DNA of 64,000 bases from Alphaproteobacteria bacterium (lineage in GTDB: Bacteria > Pseudomonadota > Alphaproteobacteria > MPNO01 > UBA830), in the NCBI GenBank assembly GCA_964291215.2, contig OZ219791.1, positions 2,400,001 to 2,464,000 on the forward strand, given 5' to 3'. This document shows, piece after piece, positions 29,290-39,736 of this stretch; the stretch's first letter is position 1, and each line of letters begins with the position of its first letter. Both the position numbers and the translations under genes were made by a program. The notes beneath the pieces were generated by a model. The model was not told where the DNA came from. It was given only the letters and a program-made list of their open reading frames with translations, and did no database searches.

Positions 29290-30270
29290 TTACTCCGCCG
29301 CCTCCATCCGCGCTGCCTGGGCAGCCTCTCTTCGCTTCCGCCATTCCGAACGCAGGGACCACAGCCCGTCGGGAAGGAACATGATTATCAGAAGCAGGAC
29401 GCCGCCGACGATTAGCTGCCAGACATGCGGCGCATATTCGAAGGCGTAGGTCCGCAGGAGCTCATAGACCAGCGCGCCGATGAACGTCGCGCTGACATTG
29501 CCGGTGCCAGCGAGAATGGTGATGAACACGAAGTCCCCGGAGACCGGCCAGTAGACCATCGAATCCGGATCGACATGGCCGACCGTCGCCGCCATGATTA
29601 CGCCGCCCATGCCGGCGAGCAGTCCCGATATTACGTATTTGACGTGAATCGCCCGCTCGGCCGAGTAGCCGAGATATTCGACGCGGATTTCATTCTCGCG
29701 GACAGCCATCGTCATCGTCCCCAGCGTCGACTTCAGGTACCAGTGCGCGCCGATGGCGGCGAGGTAGGTGAACACCAAGCCGAAAACGAACAGCGTCGTC
29801 CGGTAGCTCTCGCCGTCCGGCAAGAAACCGGCGAAGCTCAGTTGACGGATTCCGATGCCGTCGGTCGAGCCCAGTGATTCCAGCTTGGTCAGCACGCCGT
29901 AGAGAATCATGGAAAACGCCATGTTGAGAAGCGCGAAGAATATCGCCCTGTACTGGCGGAGGAGAAAACCGAGCAGGAAGGCGAGGAGGCCGGCGACGGC
30001 TGTTCCCGCGGTCACGAGGACGAAGGCGTCGCCGATGCCGGCGATCTGCAACAGGGCCACCGTGTAGGCACCGAAACCGAAGAAAAGCGCATGGCCGAAG
30101 GAGATCAGTCCTGCGCGCCACAAGATCAGGAGTCCGATGGCGACGCAGCCGCGAGCCATCGTCTGCAACCCGATCGTGCGCATCCATTCCTCGAGCCCGA
30201 AATTGAGGGCGAACAAGGCGGCTAGGCCAATGGTCAGGCCCCAGAAGGTCTTGTCCAGCAAACGGGTCAT
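29290..30270 (-). CDS. Liv-type ABC permease (LivM-like)
   Basis: GLISFGHALFFGFGAY, AVRENE, hydrophobic. Confidence 0.9.
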   Translation of the reverse strand: MTRLLDKTFWGLTIGLAALFALNFGLEEWMRTIGLQTMARGCVAIGLLILWRAGLISFGHALFFGFGAYTVALLQIAGIGDAFVLVTAGTAVAGLLAFLLGFLLRQYRAIFFALLNMAFSMILYGVLTKLESLGSTDGIGIRQLSFAGFLPDGESYRTTLFVFGLVFTYLAAIGAHWYLKSTLGTMTMAVRENEIRVEYLGYSAERAIHVKYVISGLLAGMGGVIMAATVGHVDPDSMVYWPVSGDFVFITILAGTGNVSATFIGALVYELLRTYAFEYAPHVWQLIVGGVLLLIIMFLPDGLWSLRSEWRKRREAAQAARMEAAE

Positions 30271-31169
30271 ATCTTCCTCGCCGTGATCGGGGCGAAAAGC
30301 CCTTGGGGACGGACGATCAGAACGATTGCCATGATCGCGTAGATCACAAAGAGTTCCACCTGCGGGAACTGGTGCACCGCGGTTGCGCGCGCGATGCCGA
30401 CGACCACCGCGCCGATCAGCGCGCCGGGAATCGACCCCATGCCGCCTATGACGACCACGGCGAACGCGAGCACGATCACTTCGACGCCGATTCCCGGCTG
30501 CACCGAGATCGTTGGCGCCTGGTAGGCGCCGCCGAGGGCACCGAGGAACGTGCCGAGAATGAAGGTCACGAGGAACACGCCGGTCACGTTGATGCCCATC
30601 GCCATGCTGATCTCGCGGTCGAAGATGACGGCGAGCAGCATCTTGCCTTGGCGAGTGCGGTTGAGCGCATACCAGGAAACGAAAGCGACGATGAACGACA
30701 GCGCGATCATCGAAAGGTTATAGTTGTCGAAGATGAGATCTGCGATTTCGCTGTTGCCCAGCATCTCCATGGGCTGGAATGCGAGATAGGGGTTGGTGCC
30801 CCAGATCAGGATGATGATGTCCTCCAGCACCAGGAAGGCGGCGAAAGTCGCGAGCACGACAATGTGCTCGTCGCGGTCGTAGAGGAACTTCAGAAGTCCG
30901 CGCTCGATGACGATGCCGAACACGATCCCCAGCACCACGGCGGAGAGGAAGATGATCGCAAAACCGCCGATATCGGGGAGATCAGCGGTGTACCAGATGC
31001 CCATGAAGTAGGCCGCCAGATAGGCGCCAAAGGCGTAGAATGAGCCGTGGGTGACGTTGAGGACCTTCTGGACCCCGAAGATTACCGTAAGTCCGACGGC
31101 TACCATGAACAGGTACGACGAATAGATCAGGCCGTCGACCAAGATGATGGCGATGAGTTGGAAATCCAA
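30267..31169 (-). CDS. Liv-type ABC permease (LivH-like)
   Basis: AVGLTVIFGVQKVLNVTHG, AFAVVVIGGMGSIPGA. Confidence 0.9.
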   Translation of the reverse strand: MDFQLIAIILVDGLIYSSYLFMVAVGLTVIFGVQKVLNVTHGSFYAFGAYLAAYFMGIWYTADLPDIGGFAIIFLSAVVLGIVFGIVIERGLLKFLYDRDEHIVVLATFAAFLVLEDIIILIWGTNPYLAFQPMEMLGNSEIADLIFDNYNLSMIALSFIVAFVSWYALNRTRQGKMLLAVIFDREISMAMGINVTGVFLVTFILGTFLGALGGAYQAPTISVQPGIGVEVIVLAFAVVVIGGMGSIPGALIGAVVVGIARATAVHQFPQVELFVIYAIMAIVLIVRPQGLFAPITARKI

Positions 31170-31292
31170 GGCGGGACTCCCCCCAGAGGCGCGCCTCCCT
31201 CGGGGGACGCGATTCAGTGTGGTTTATTTTCGAATCGCGTACCGGGAGCGCACTGCGCTCCCGGTACGGTTGCCGTTACCGTCAGTGTTCGG

Positions 31293-32627
31293 TCAGCACT
31301 TGGCGCCTTTCATGCCGCCTTCGAGCCATGGAACCGAGTTGACGCCGTTGGGCGGAAGAATGCACTCGGGCTGGAATATCTCGACATCCTTGACCACCGG
31401 CTCGTTTCTCTCCGAATCCCAGGCCGTGATCCCCCAACGGTCGTCGGTTACGCCCTGATGGCCCTTCGAGTGTGCCATCCTGACATCGCCGACGAAGGTT
31501 GGGAAAGTGGCGCCGGCGAGCGTGGCGATCACCTGTTCGGTGGTCGGGAACTTGCCGGCTGCCTTGGCCGCCTTGTCGTAGGCGTACTTGGCGGCGAGGA
31601 AGCCCTGCGCGTACTGGTAGGAGGGCTGCGATGGCGGTTCGCCATAGGCCTTGCGGTATTCCTTCTGGAACCACTGGTTCAATGGCGACGGATCATCGAC
31701 AACGTACATGCCGTACGGACCACGGGTACCGACCATGATTCCCAGCGGGAATTTCTTGCCCAGGCGATAGCCGACCGTTTCGCCGACGGTGAAGATGAAA
31801 AATTTCTTCTTGAACAGGCCGCGCGCGGTGGCCTGACCGATGAAGGACTCGAGATCACCGCCCCAGAAGCTGGAGTGCACGATGTTTTCCTTGGCCCGCG
31901 AAAGAGCCGATATCTCGGTGCCGTACTGGCCGGCGAACAGCTTCGGGAACTGCTGCTTGCTTGCTGGCTTGATTTCGGGAGCCAGCGTCTTCATCGTGAG
32001 GGAAAAGTCACGCCAAGCGTCTTGGCCCCAGGCATAGTTCTGGTTGATGCCGACGAAACCCTTGATGTCCTTCCCCATATTCTTGACCAAGTAACGGGCT
32101 GCCGAGACATTGTTGGCGGTTCCGTTGTTGATCGTGCGAAACACGTATTTCGGGTTCTGGTTGATTTCCTCGAAAATCCGGGGTGTTCCGCACACGGTCT
32201 GGATGGTCAGTGCCTTGAGTTCCTCGGAAACCGGCGCAGTTGCTGCACAGTTGCCCGACGAAACGTAACCGATGATCAGCGCAACCTTGTCCTTCTGCAC
32301 CTTGTTCCGCAGCTCGGTCACCTGCTTGGTGCCGCCACCAGCCTCGTCATAGAGCAGGAGTTCGATCTGACGTCCAGCGAGTCCCTTGGCGTTGTAAGGC
32401 GCAGGCAGTTCGCCGTTGTTGATCCCGCGCACGATCAACTCCGAGCCGTTCTTCGCCGGAATGCCGAATGCCGGAGCGCCGGCTCCGGTAAGGAATGTCG
32501 GCGTGCCGATCTTGACCGTCTGGGCAAGCACAGCGCTGCTGCCGAGCGCGACCACTCCGACAAGTGCGGCGCCGATAAGGTGCGCCGCGCGGGGGCGGCG
32601 GGCCGCCCCCACTGTAACTTCAATCAT
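31293..32627 (-). CDS. Periplasmic substrate-binding protein (Leu/Ile/Val/amide family)
   Basis: Signal peptide ending AVLAQ; IIGYVSSG, YVFR, NYAWGQD; start uncertain. Confidence 0.9.
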   Translation of the reverse strand: MIEVTVGAARRPRAAHLIGAALVGVVALGSSAVLAQTVKIGTPTFLTGAGAPAFGIPAKNGSELIVRGINNGELPAPYNAKGLAGRQIELLLYDEAGGGTKQVTELRNKVQKDKVALIIGYVSSGNCAATAPVSEELKALTIQTVCGTPRIFEEINQNPKYVFRTINNGTANNVSAARYLVKNMGKDIKGFVGINQNYAWGQDAWRDFSLTMKTLAPEIKPASKQQFPKLFAGQYGTEISALSRAKENIVHSSFWGGDLESFIGQATARGLFKKKFFIFTVGETVGYRLGKKFPLGIMVGTRGPYGMYVVDDPSPLNQWFQKEYRKAYGEPPSQPSYQYAQGFLAAKYAYDKAAKAAGKFPTTEQVIATLAGATFPTFVGDVRMAHSKGHQGVTDDRWGITAWDSERNEPVVKDVEIFQPECILPPNGVNSVPWLEGGMKGAKC

Positions 32628-32769
32628 GTCATGTCTCCCAATGTGGTTGTCCACATCATCAAACTACTACGACCCGGAATTCGGGTCACGGCGGCGGAAC
32701 TCTACATAATTCGTGGACCCGGTCCAATACGCAAACGGAATTTTTGGATTTGGTGTTCGAAGGGCGGTA

Positions 32770-34152
32770 TCAGCGCCACATCGCTTCGCAGAGGGGCTCC
32801 AGATTTTCCTGTTGGTCGAGCGCCGCAACCAGCGCCGGGATCATGGCCGTCTTTTCCGGGGGGTGGCCGCCGTGGGCTGCGCAGGCGCCGAACTTTGCCA
32901 TCGCGTCGTCAATCGTGAACGGCGCAAGGGTGCTGCCGCGGGCGCCGTCTATGCGCCCTTCGAGCCGCCGCCCGTCCTTCGTGTCGACAGAGACGAAGGT
33001 CGTGACATTCGTAAAGCCGGCGACCTCGCGATCGAAGGCGGTGTGCTCGACCCGGGCCATCATGGCGCGGACATCGGCACGGCGCAGGACAGAGTCGGTG
33101 AACTCGGCCAGTCCGGCGCGGCCCTCGATCGCGATGACCGCGAGGATGAAGGCCATCGAGAATCTTGCCTCGGTCGGGTTTCGGGGCAGTCCGGCAAGCA
33201 GCGTGTTCACGATGCGGTGGTTGGTTCGCGCCCGTATCGTGGCGATATCGGCCGCCGAGATGCCCGCAGTGTTCATCAGATCGACCAAGCAGGCGGCGGC
33301 GGGATGGGCAAGGGCGCCGCTCGGGTGGGGCTTGATCCATACGCCGGGGTCCTCGAATACCCACGGCGCCGCAAGCTTGTCGACGATGGCTGTCCTGTCT
33401 GCGCCGCCGCCGGCTGCGGCGACATAGCCGCCCGGTCCGTCGAGCGCGTCCGGCGCGGCGGTGACGCCACGACGGGCCAGTTCGGCAGCGGCGATGCCGT
33501 CCTCGGCGGCGTGGGCGGGGTGAAGGATCTCGGTCATGGTTCCAAAGTTCCGCCGCACGCCACCGCCGCGACTGGCGGCGATTCCAAGTGCATGCGTGGT
33601 AGTGTCCGAGTCGAGGCCCATCAGCCGACTGGCCGCTGCCGCGGCGCCGAAGATGCCGAGTGTGCCGGTGACGTGAAAGCCGTCGGCATAGTGCCGCGGC
33701 GCCATGGCATGATTGAGGCGCGACGCGACTTCGACACCAACGAGATAGGCCATGACGACATCGGCACCGGAGCATCGGCGAGTTTCTCCGACGGCAAGGG
33801 CAACCGGGAGGACAGCCGCGCTCGCATGGATGCCACCCGTTCGCCCGGGATCGGCCTGCGGCGAAGTGTCATCGTAATTGTCGGCATGGATGGAGGCGGC
33901 ATTGGCATGGGCGGCAAAACGCGGCGGGGCACGCAGCCGGGTTCCGAATATCGTGCTTCCACGCCCGGTGACCTCCTGGTCAGCAAGCCAGTCTCGGACA
34001 ATCCCCGCGACCGGCGAAACGGCGCCCGCAAGCGCGAGCCCGAGCGAGTCGAGGATGTGGATTTCGGCGCGCTGGCGGACCGTAGCGGGCACGCCATCAT
34101 ATGTTGCCGAAGCGGTGAATGCCGAGATCGCCGCCGTTATCCCGCCGGTCAT
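32770..34152 (-). CDS. MmgE/PrpD family protein
   Basis: ILDSLG, HADNYDD, GIHASA, GFHVTG, IKPHPSG, ARFSM. Confidence 0.9.
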   Translation of the reverse strand: MTGGITAAISAFTASATYDGVPATVRQRAEIHILDSLGLALAGAVSPVAGIVRDWLADQEVTGRGSTIFGTRLRAPPRFAAHANAASIHADNYDDTSPQADPGRTGGIHASAAVLPVALAVGETRRCSGADVVMAYLVGVEVASRLNHAMAPRHYADGFHVTGTLGIFGAAAAASRLMGLDSDTTTHALGIAASRGGGVRRNFGTMTEILHPAHAAEDGIAAAELARRGVTAAPDALDGPGGYVAAAGGGADRTAIVDKLAAPWVFEDPGVWIKPHPSGALAHPAAACLVDLMNTAGISAADIATIRARTNHRIVNTLLAGLPRNPTEARFSMAFILAVIAIEGRAGLAEFTDSVLRRADVRAMMARVEHTAFDREVAGFTNVTTFVSVDTKDGRRLEGRIDGARGSTLAPFTIDDAMAKFGACAAHGGHPPEKTAMIPALVAALDQQENLEPLCEAMWR

Positions 34153-34241
34153 GAAGCGATCCGTTCGCGCTCCGGGGGGTGGGGGAACCGTGCGCCGCGT
34201 TCCGGGAATGACGTGCTGACGATCTTCCGGAGCTCCGTCTC

Positions 34242-35120
34242 TCAGCCTCGGGTGGCTTCCCTGAACCGTTCCGACGCCGCTGCGGCAAAGCCCCAGGAGT
34301 CGCCGTGGAACTCGGGCGGCCGCTCCCAGTCCTCGGGCATTCCGGTCCTGTAGCTGTCATCCACCTGCTCGACCTCTGCCGTGTACTCGATCACGTACCC
34401 GGTCGGGTCGATGAAGTAGGCGAATATGTTGTTGCCGGGGCCGTGGCGGCCGACGCCCCATTCCACGGGGTGGCCGGCGCGTTTCATCCGTCCCGAGGCG
34501 CGCATCAGCGCGTCGTGGTTCGGCACCTCGAAGGCGCAATGGTTGAGGGTGGGCGCATCGATAGTGGTGATGGCGATCGCGTGATGGTCGCTGCTGCAGC
34601 GGACGAAATCCATGTAGCCGGTGCGGTCGCTCAGCTTGAAGCCGAGCAAATCGATGAACTGGGCGCTCTGCGCCTGGCGCTGCGGCGAATTTTGCACGAC
34701 ATGGCTCAGCTTGACCGGGCGATCAATTGTCGGCGGCTGCGCTTCGTGTTTCGCCAGCCCGGCCGATACCATGTATTCGCGGTCGTGCAGGTCCCGGAAG
34801 ATAAAGCCGTACCCGCCGCCCGGCTCGTCAATCTCGGCCGGCGGGTCGAGCGACGCGCCCAGTCCGGCAGCCCTGTCGTGGAGTGCATCGACGGCGCTCT
34901 TGTCGTCGGCTGCAAGATTGACCCTGAGCAGCCTGCGTTCCGCTCCCGGCCTGAGCACGAGTATGTGATGCTCCGCTCCGGTTCCGCGAAGAAAGACTGC
35001 TCCAGCGGTGTCGGCGACGGTTTCCAGTCCCCAACAGTCTTCGTAGAACCGCCGTGACGCGGCGAGGTCGGGCACCGCGAATTCTGCGCTGCGCAAACCG
35101 GTTACCCCTGGTTCTCCCAT
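34242..35120 (-). CDS. VOC-fold extradiol dioxygenase/glyoxalase-like protein
   Basis: LSHVV, SDHHAIA, LNHCAF, WGVGRHGPGNNIFAYFIDPTGYVIEY (His/His/Glu metal set). Confidence 0.88.
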   Translation of the reverse strand: MGEPGVTGLRSAEFAVPDLAASRRFYEDCWGLETVADTAGAVFLRGTGAEHHILVLRPGAERRLLRVNLAADDKSAVDALHDRAAGLGASLDPPAEIDEPGGGYGFIFRDLHDREYMVSAGLAKHEAQPPTIDRPVKLSHVVQNSPQRQAQSAQFIDLLGFKLSDRTGYMDFVRCSSDHHAIAITTIDAPTLNHCAFEVPNHDALMRASGRMKRAGHPVEWGVGRHGPGNNIFAYFIDPTGYVIEYTAEVEQVDDSYRTGMPEDWERPPEFHGDSWGFAAAASERFREATRG

Positions 35121-35632
35121 GTTCCTCTCCCTTCGAGCCTGGCAAGCGTCACAGGTCAGACGGGAACGGCGTCCGACAGTCGCCGCTTCCCGGACATCCT
35201 GCCAAGGGTGTCGGAGGTTGCAGGATATCGCAGGCCGGTGATCGGTCAACGGTGATGCCGCAGGACCATTCTGTTGTCGCGATCGGCGGCGGACAACCGT
35301 GTCAGAGTGGCCGTTATTGAAGTTGGTGGCACCGTCTCAAGTTCGGAACCGGCATATCGACAACGAAATCCGCCCCCGAATGGACCTCCAGATCTGCCTA
35401 CAACGCCCCCTCGTCGGACGGAACCGGACAAAAGAAGAGCCCTGGGTGATGCCGCGGTTCATCCACAGTCTCGAGGAGACGTCAGGCAAAGGACTATTGG
35501 ATGGCGGCGGCGCATGCTCTCCGGCGCCAGGTTCTCATTCGCGAGAAACGTCAACCTGCCGCTTGATCGCTGACGGGATGGACCGGATCATCCCGCTAGG
35601 GTTCTTCTGCACGGGAAAGGTCGGGCGCGGCG

Positions 35633-36517
35633 CTACCCCTGCTTTGGCGGCGGAAAATACTTGTCCAGCCAGTCACGAAGGATATGCATCACCCGTATGT
35701 TGGTCTCGGCGAACATGAAATGGTCCGTGTCCGAGGTCAGATGCAGGTCGGTGGGCTGTCCGGCGCGCTTGAACATCTCGACCGACTGCTCGGTCGGCGT
35801 CACCGAATCGGCTGAACTGTGGAGCAGCAGCAGCGGGCGCGGGGCGATATCCGAGATCACGTCTTCGGCCCTGAAATCGAACATGCTCTGCGCGGTCTCG
35901 GCAGGGAATTGGGCCACCGAGCCGGGCGCCAGATTGCCGCGCAGATGTTCGGGGATCGGCACGATCGCGTGGCGGTCCACCATCAGGAACTCCCCGGTCT
36001 CCTCCCGGTGGCGCCGCCCGTCCTCAAGCATATTGGTAAACGCCGCCCATGATTCGGGCGTCGGGTGCTGTCCCCGGAACTTGCGTTCGCCGTGGCCCCA
36101 GCCACCCGACGACACTGCTGCCGCGACCCGTTTGTCGACTGCTGCCGTGTATACGGCGACCGCGGCGCCGAAACTCGATCCGACAAGCGCGATGCGGCTA
36201 CCGTCGATTTCGGGCCTGGATTGGAGGAAGCTTACCGCCGCCCTGGTGTCCTCGACCTGGTCCTCGCAAAGGATGTGCCCGAACTCGCCGTCGCTTTCTC
36301 CGCAGCTGCGCATGTCGAAACGAAAGACGGCATAGCCCCATTTCAAGAATATTCCGGTGGGGCCGAGGACATTGCCCGCATTCTTGTTGCTGCCAAATCC
36401 GTGGAGAACGATGATGACGGGCCGCGGCTCCGGCGCTTCGGCGCCGTCGGGAAGGTGAAGCACTCCCGAGAGGTTGAGGGAACCCGATCTGAAGGTAACT
36501 CTGTCTTCCATGACCAT
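35633..36517 (-). CDS. Alpha/beta hydrolase
   Basis: LHGFGS, FDMRSCGESDG, GSSFGA nucleophile, DSVTP, DHF. Confidence 0.88.
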   Translation of the reverse strand: MVMEDRVTFRSGSLNLSGVLHLPDGAEAPEPRPVIIVLHGFGSNKNAGNVLGPTGIFLKWGYAVFRFDMRSCGESDGEFGHILCEDQVEDTRAAVSFLQSRPEIDGSRIALVGSSFGAAVAVYTAAVDKRVAAAVSSGGWGHGERKFRGQHPTPESWAAFTNMLEDGRRHREETGEFLMVDRHAIVPIPEHLRGNLAPGSVAQFPAETAQSMFDFRAEDVISDIAPRPLLLLHSSADSVTPTEQSVEMFKRAGQPTDLHLTSDTDHFMFAETNIRVMHILRDWLDKYFPPPKQG

Positions 36518-36732
36518 TCCGGTTTGCGGTTACGCTGATCCTGAAGGATCGTCTGTCGGAGCCGAGTGATACACGGTTATGGTGTGAAGTGAAACCGTGC
36601 GAAGGCCCGGGATCCGGTTCGGTCCCCGGCGCAGCGGTGTGGACTGATGCTGGACGGATTTGGAATGATGCAGCACTATGGCCGCAGCGCTGGCTTCAAC
36701 GGGTTTTGGGAATGCAGGATTCGAGCGGTGAG

Positions 36733-37776
36733 ATGATTGTTGATGCTGCGGGGTTGCAAGCCTTTGCAATGCAGTTGTTTACGGCGCGGGGCTTGCCGCA
36801 GGACGATGCCGAGCTGATAGCGGAGGTGCTGGTGTGGGCCAATCTGCGCGGTGTCGATTCCCATGGCGTGTTGCGCATCCCGGGCTATCTGGCGCGCGTG
36901 GGCAACGGCCAGAACAATCCCCGGCCTGACATCAGGGTGGTTGTCGACGCCCCGGCCGCGGCGGTACTGGAAGCTGACCGCGCCTTCGGACAGGTGGCGC
37001 TCGGGCGGGCAATTGCGATTGTCATTGCCAAGGCCTCGAATGCCGGTGTTGGGGCCTGTTTCATTCGGGAAACGACGCATATGGGCGCGATCGGTTTCTT
37101 CGCCCTTCAGGCTGCGGCCGCCGGAATGGCGGGCATCGTAATCGGCGCTTCGCGCCCCAACATGATCTATCCGGGCGCCCGCCGGCCGGGGCTTGCCACG
37201 AGCCCGATCGCAGTCGCTGTTCCGGGCGCGGTTCATGCGCCGCTGATGCTCGATATGGCTTCCGCGACCGCCTCCGTGGGCAAGATCGCCCTGGCGCGAG
37301 ACGCGGGCTTGTCCCTTGGCGAAGGCTGGGCCGTCGACGCGGACGGTCAGCCGACCACCGATGCGTCGCGGGCGGCGATTCCGACGCCGCTCGGCGGTCA
37401 CAAGGGTGGCGGCCTTGCGCTGATGTTCGAGTGCCTTACCAGCCTGGTGGTCGGCAATCCGCTGATCGCGCCGTTCATCGAGGGCGCGCCGGGCGGTACC
37501 CGGCACATGCAGAACGGCCTCGCGATTGCTGTCGACATCTCCCGGTTCGGTGACGTGGAGGCCTATGCCAGCGAGGTCGACCGTCTGGCGGAGACGCTGA
37601 AGACCCTGCCGCGGGCAGAGGGGGTGGACGAGATCCTGGTGCCCGGCGAACGCGGCGACAGGATCCTCGAAGCGCGGACCGAAAGCGGCATTCCGCTTGC
37701 GTCTGGCACCTGGAAGCGTCTCCGCGAAGTCGCCGAACTGCTGGGGATCGCAATGCCTCAGGTGCGGAGAGCCTGA
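36733..37776 (+). CDS. Type 2 malate/L-lactate dehydrogenase family (AllD/ComC-like) oxidoreductase
   Basis: LRGVDSHG, THMGAIG, LDMASA, GGHKGGGL, LVPGE. Confidence 0.9.
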   Translation: MIVDAAGLQAFAMQLFTARGLPQDDAELIAEVLVWANLRGVDSHGVLRIPGYLARVGNGQNNPRPDIRVVVDAPAAAVLEADRAFGQVALGRAIAIVIAKASNAGVGACFIRETTHMGAIGFFALQAAAAGMAGIVIGASRPNMIYPGARRPGLATSPIAVAVPGAVHAPLMLDMASATASVGKIALARDAGLSLGEGWAVDADGQPTTDASRAAIPTPLGGHKGGGLALMFECLTSLVVGNPLIAPFIEGAPGGTRHMQNGLAIAVDISRFGDVEAYASEVDRLAETLKTLPRAEGVDEILVPGERGDRILEARTESGIPLASGTWKRLREVAELLGIAMPQVRRA

Positions 37777-37842
37777 GGGGCGGCGCCCCTGGCTTTGCGC
37801 CGCCGCTGCCCGTTCCGCAGCCGCGGCGGGCACGCCACCCGC

Positions 37843-39513
37843 CTATCTCTTGCGCCAGGTGATCTCGTCTTCCCAGCCTTCCTCGACATCGCGGACCGAG
37901 CTTTCCGGCGGCACATCGGCGGATTTCTGTCGCTGCAGGGTTCGCCGGCCGTTCTCAAGCCAGTCGCCGGCCGCCGCCCGGGCGGCGGCGTCTTTCCAAT
38001 GCTGTGACCAGTCGCCGAGAGAATAGCCGTACCACGGCGTTTCAGGCCGAAGTTCGGGCAGTCCGAGCCGGTCCCATAGGGCCTTGCCCGCCTCCATGTA
38101 GGGGCGCGTCGGCAGGGCGAGCGGCGGCATGGCGGATTTCATGGTGGCGTCGATGAGGAGGGTCGAGTCCTCCTCGCCCTTGTGTTCGCGGCGGGGCCCA
38201 TGCCCTTGGCCGCGATGCCTCAGCACCTCGACATCCTCGGCGGGGTTGAGGCGGTATCCCATCGCCCACAGGATCGAATCGGCGTTGTCCGGGTCGATGT
38301 CCTCGTTGACCGCGATGGTGATCTTGCCGCAGTCGCCCTTGAAGCTCGCCGCGCCGTAGAGTGCCCGCCACACCTCGGTACGCGGGGTTTCCGGATCGAG
38401 CGTGACAACAGTAACCCGCAGCAGGCCCGTGAGCGGTTCATGCAGCGACACCCGCCGGACACCCTTGATGCCGAGATGATCCCGGAGGTGGGCAAGGAAC
38501 AGGGGCTCATAGGCCACCCGCTTGATGACCGAACTTTCGGACGGCGCCACCTGGGAGATATAGGAGGGGAGGATCGCACCTCGGCGGTGGGTGATGGCGG
38601 TCACGCGCATCGGAAGGTTCATCTCCTCGAGCGCGACATGGCCGTGGCTTTCGCCGAACGGACCCTCGGGCTCGAGCATTTCGGTATCGACGAACCCCTC
38701 GATGACCAGCTCTGCCTCGGCCGGCACGACGAGGTCGACCGTGCGCGCGCGTACCACGTTGATCGGCTCGCCGGCCAGCCCTCCGGCGACGGCTATTTCC
38801 TCGGTACCGACCGGGAGCTTTTGCGGACCGGTGAACGCGACATAAGGCGGACAGCCAAGAACGATCGCGCACGGCATTTTCTCGCCCTGTTTCCGGTACG
38901 TCTTCCAGTGCAGGAAGCCCTCGGCGCCGCCGACCCTGGTCGCCATGCGGACCACCAACCGGTCCGGCGCCTTCAGGGCGGCGCGGTAGGTTCCCATGTT
39001 CTGCGTTCCGGTGTCGGGATTGCGGGTGATCACGTTGGTCGCGGCCAGCGTGGGGGCAGAATCGAACCCCGGTGTCGAGAGCGGTATGGGGAGTGCGGCG
39101 AGGCCGCCATCCTCCTGCAGCAGGTCGCCGCCGTTGATGACCACGTCTTGACAGGTCGCCGCATCGAGCATGCGTGGCGCGATCGGCGCCGCTATCGCCC
39201 TTTCCCATTTTGCCGAGATCTCGTCGATCTCGGCATCCATGCCGGTCGCGTAGATCGCCGGATTGGCAGCGAGGGCGCCGATCACAACGGGAAAGCCATA
39301 GCTCCGCCCCTTGGGGTCGACGATGTTCCTGAACAGGAATGCCTTGCGGTCGCTTTCGCGCAGCCCGCCCCTGAACTGCCAGCGCACGAGCGGTGACATT
39401 TCGGTGTCCTTGTCGACCTGCTCGTCGATTGCATGAAGAAGGCCGCGCTTTTCGAGTTCTGCGACATGCTGCTGTAGATCGCGGTAGGTGCGGGTTCCGG
39501 TCGATGCAACCAT
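37843..39513 (-). CDS. UbiD-family (prFMN) decarboxylase 1
   Basis: QNMGTYR, VPAEAELVIEG, EGPFGE, IDATMK. Confidence 0.9.
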   Translation of the reverse strand: MVASTGTRTYRDLQQHVAELEKRGLLHAIDEQVDKDTEMSPLVRWQFRGGLRESDRKAFLFRNIVDPKGRSYGFPVVIGALAANPAIYATGMDAEIDEISAKWERAIAAPIAPRMLDAATCQDVVINGGDLLQEDGGLAALPIPLSTPGFDSAPTLAATNVITRNPDTGTQNMGTYRAALKAPDRLVVRMATRVGGAEGFLHWKTYRKQGEKMPCAIVLGCPPYVAFTGPQKLPVGTEEIAVAGGLAGEPINVVRARTVDLVVPAEAELVIEGFVDTEMLEPEGPFGESHGHVALEEMNLPMRVTAITHRRGAILPSYISQVAPSESSVIKRVAYEPLFLAHLRDHLGIKGVRRVSLHEPLTGLLRVTVVTLDPETPRTEVWRALYGAASFKGDCGKITIAVNEDIDPDNADSILWAMGYRLNPAEDVEVLRHRGQGHGPRREHKGEEDSTLLIDATMKSAMPPLALPTRPYMEAGKALWDRLGLPELRPETPWYGYSLGDWSQHWKDAAARAAAGDWLENGRRTLQRQKSADVPPESSVRDVEEGWEDEITWRKR

Positions 39514-39736
39514 GTTCCTGTCTCCGAGGGTTCCTCGAACCTTATGACATGGCGGGAGCGAAAAGGAAAAAAGCGGCGCTCTCGCTTCGCGGCTGATGGC
39601 GACCGCGTGTGCAGCCGGTTCGATATAGGCGCCCTCAGTCATGTAAGGGTTTGTCCATTTCGGACCGGGGAATAGGGCTATGTCGGCGTCGGGCGAATGG
39701 GGTGGGGCCCACGGCGATCCCACGCTAGGTTTGTTG

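Noticed and set aside
31047-34353. Long plus-strand ORFs 31047-32918 and 32713-34353
   Set aside because: Antisense to the well-supported binding-protein and PrpD genes.
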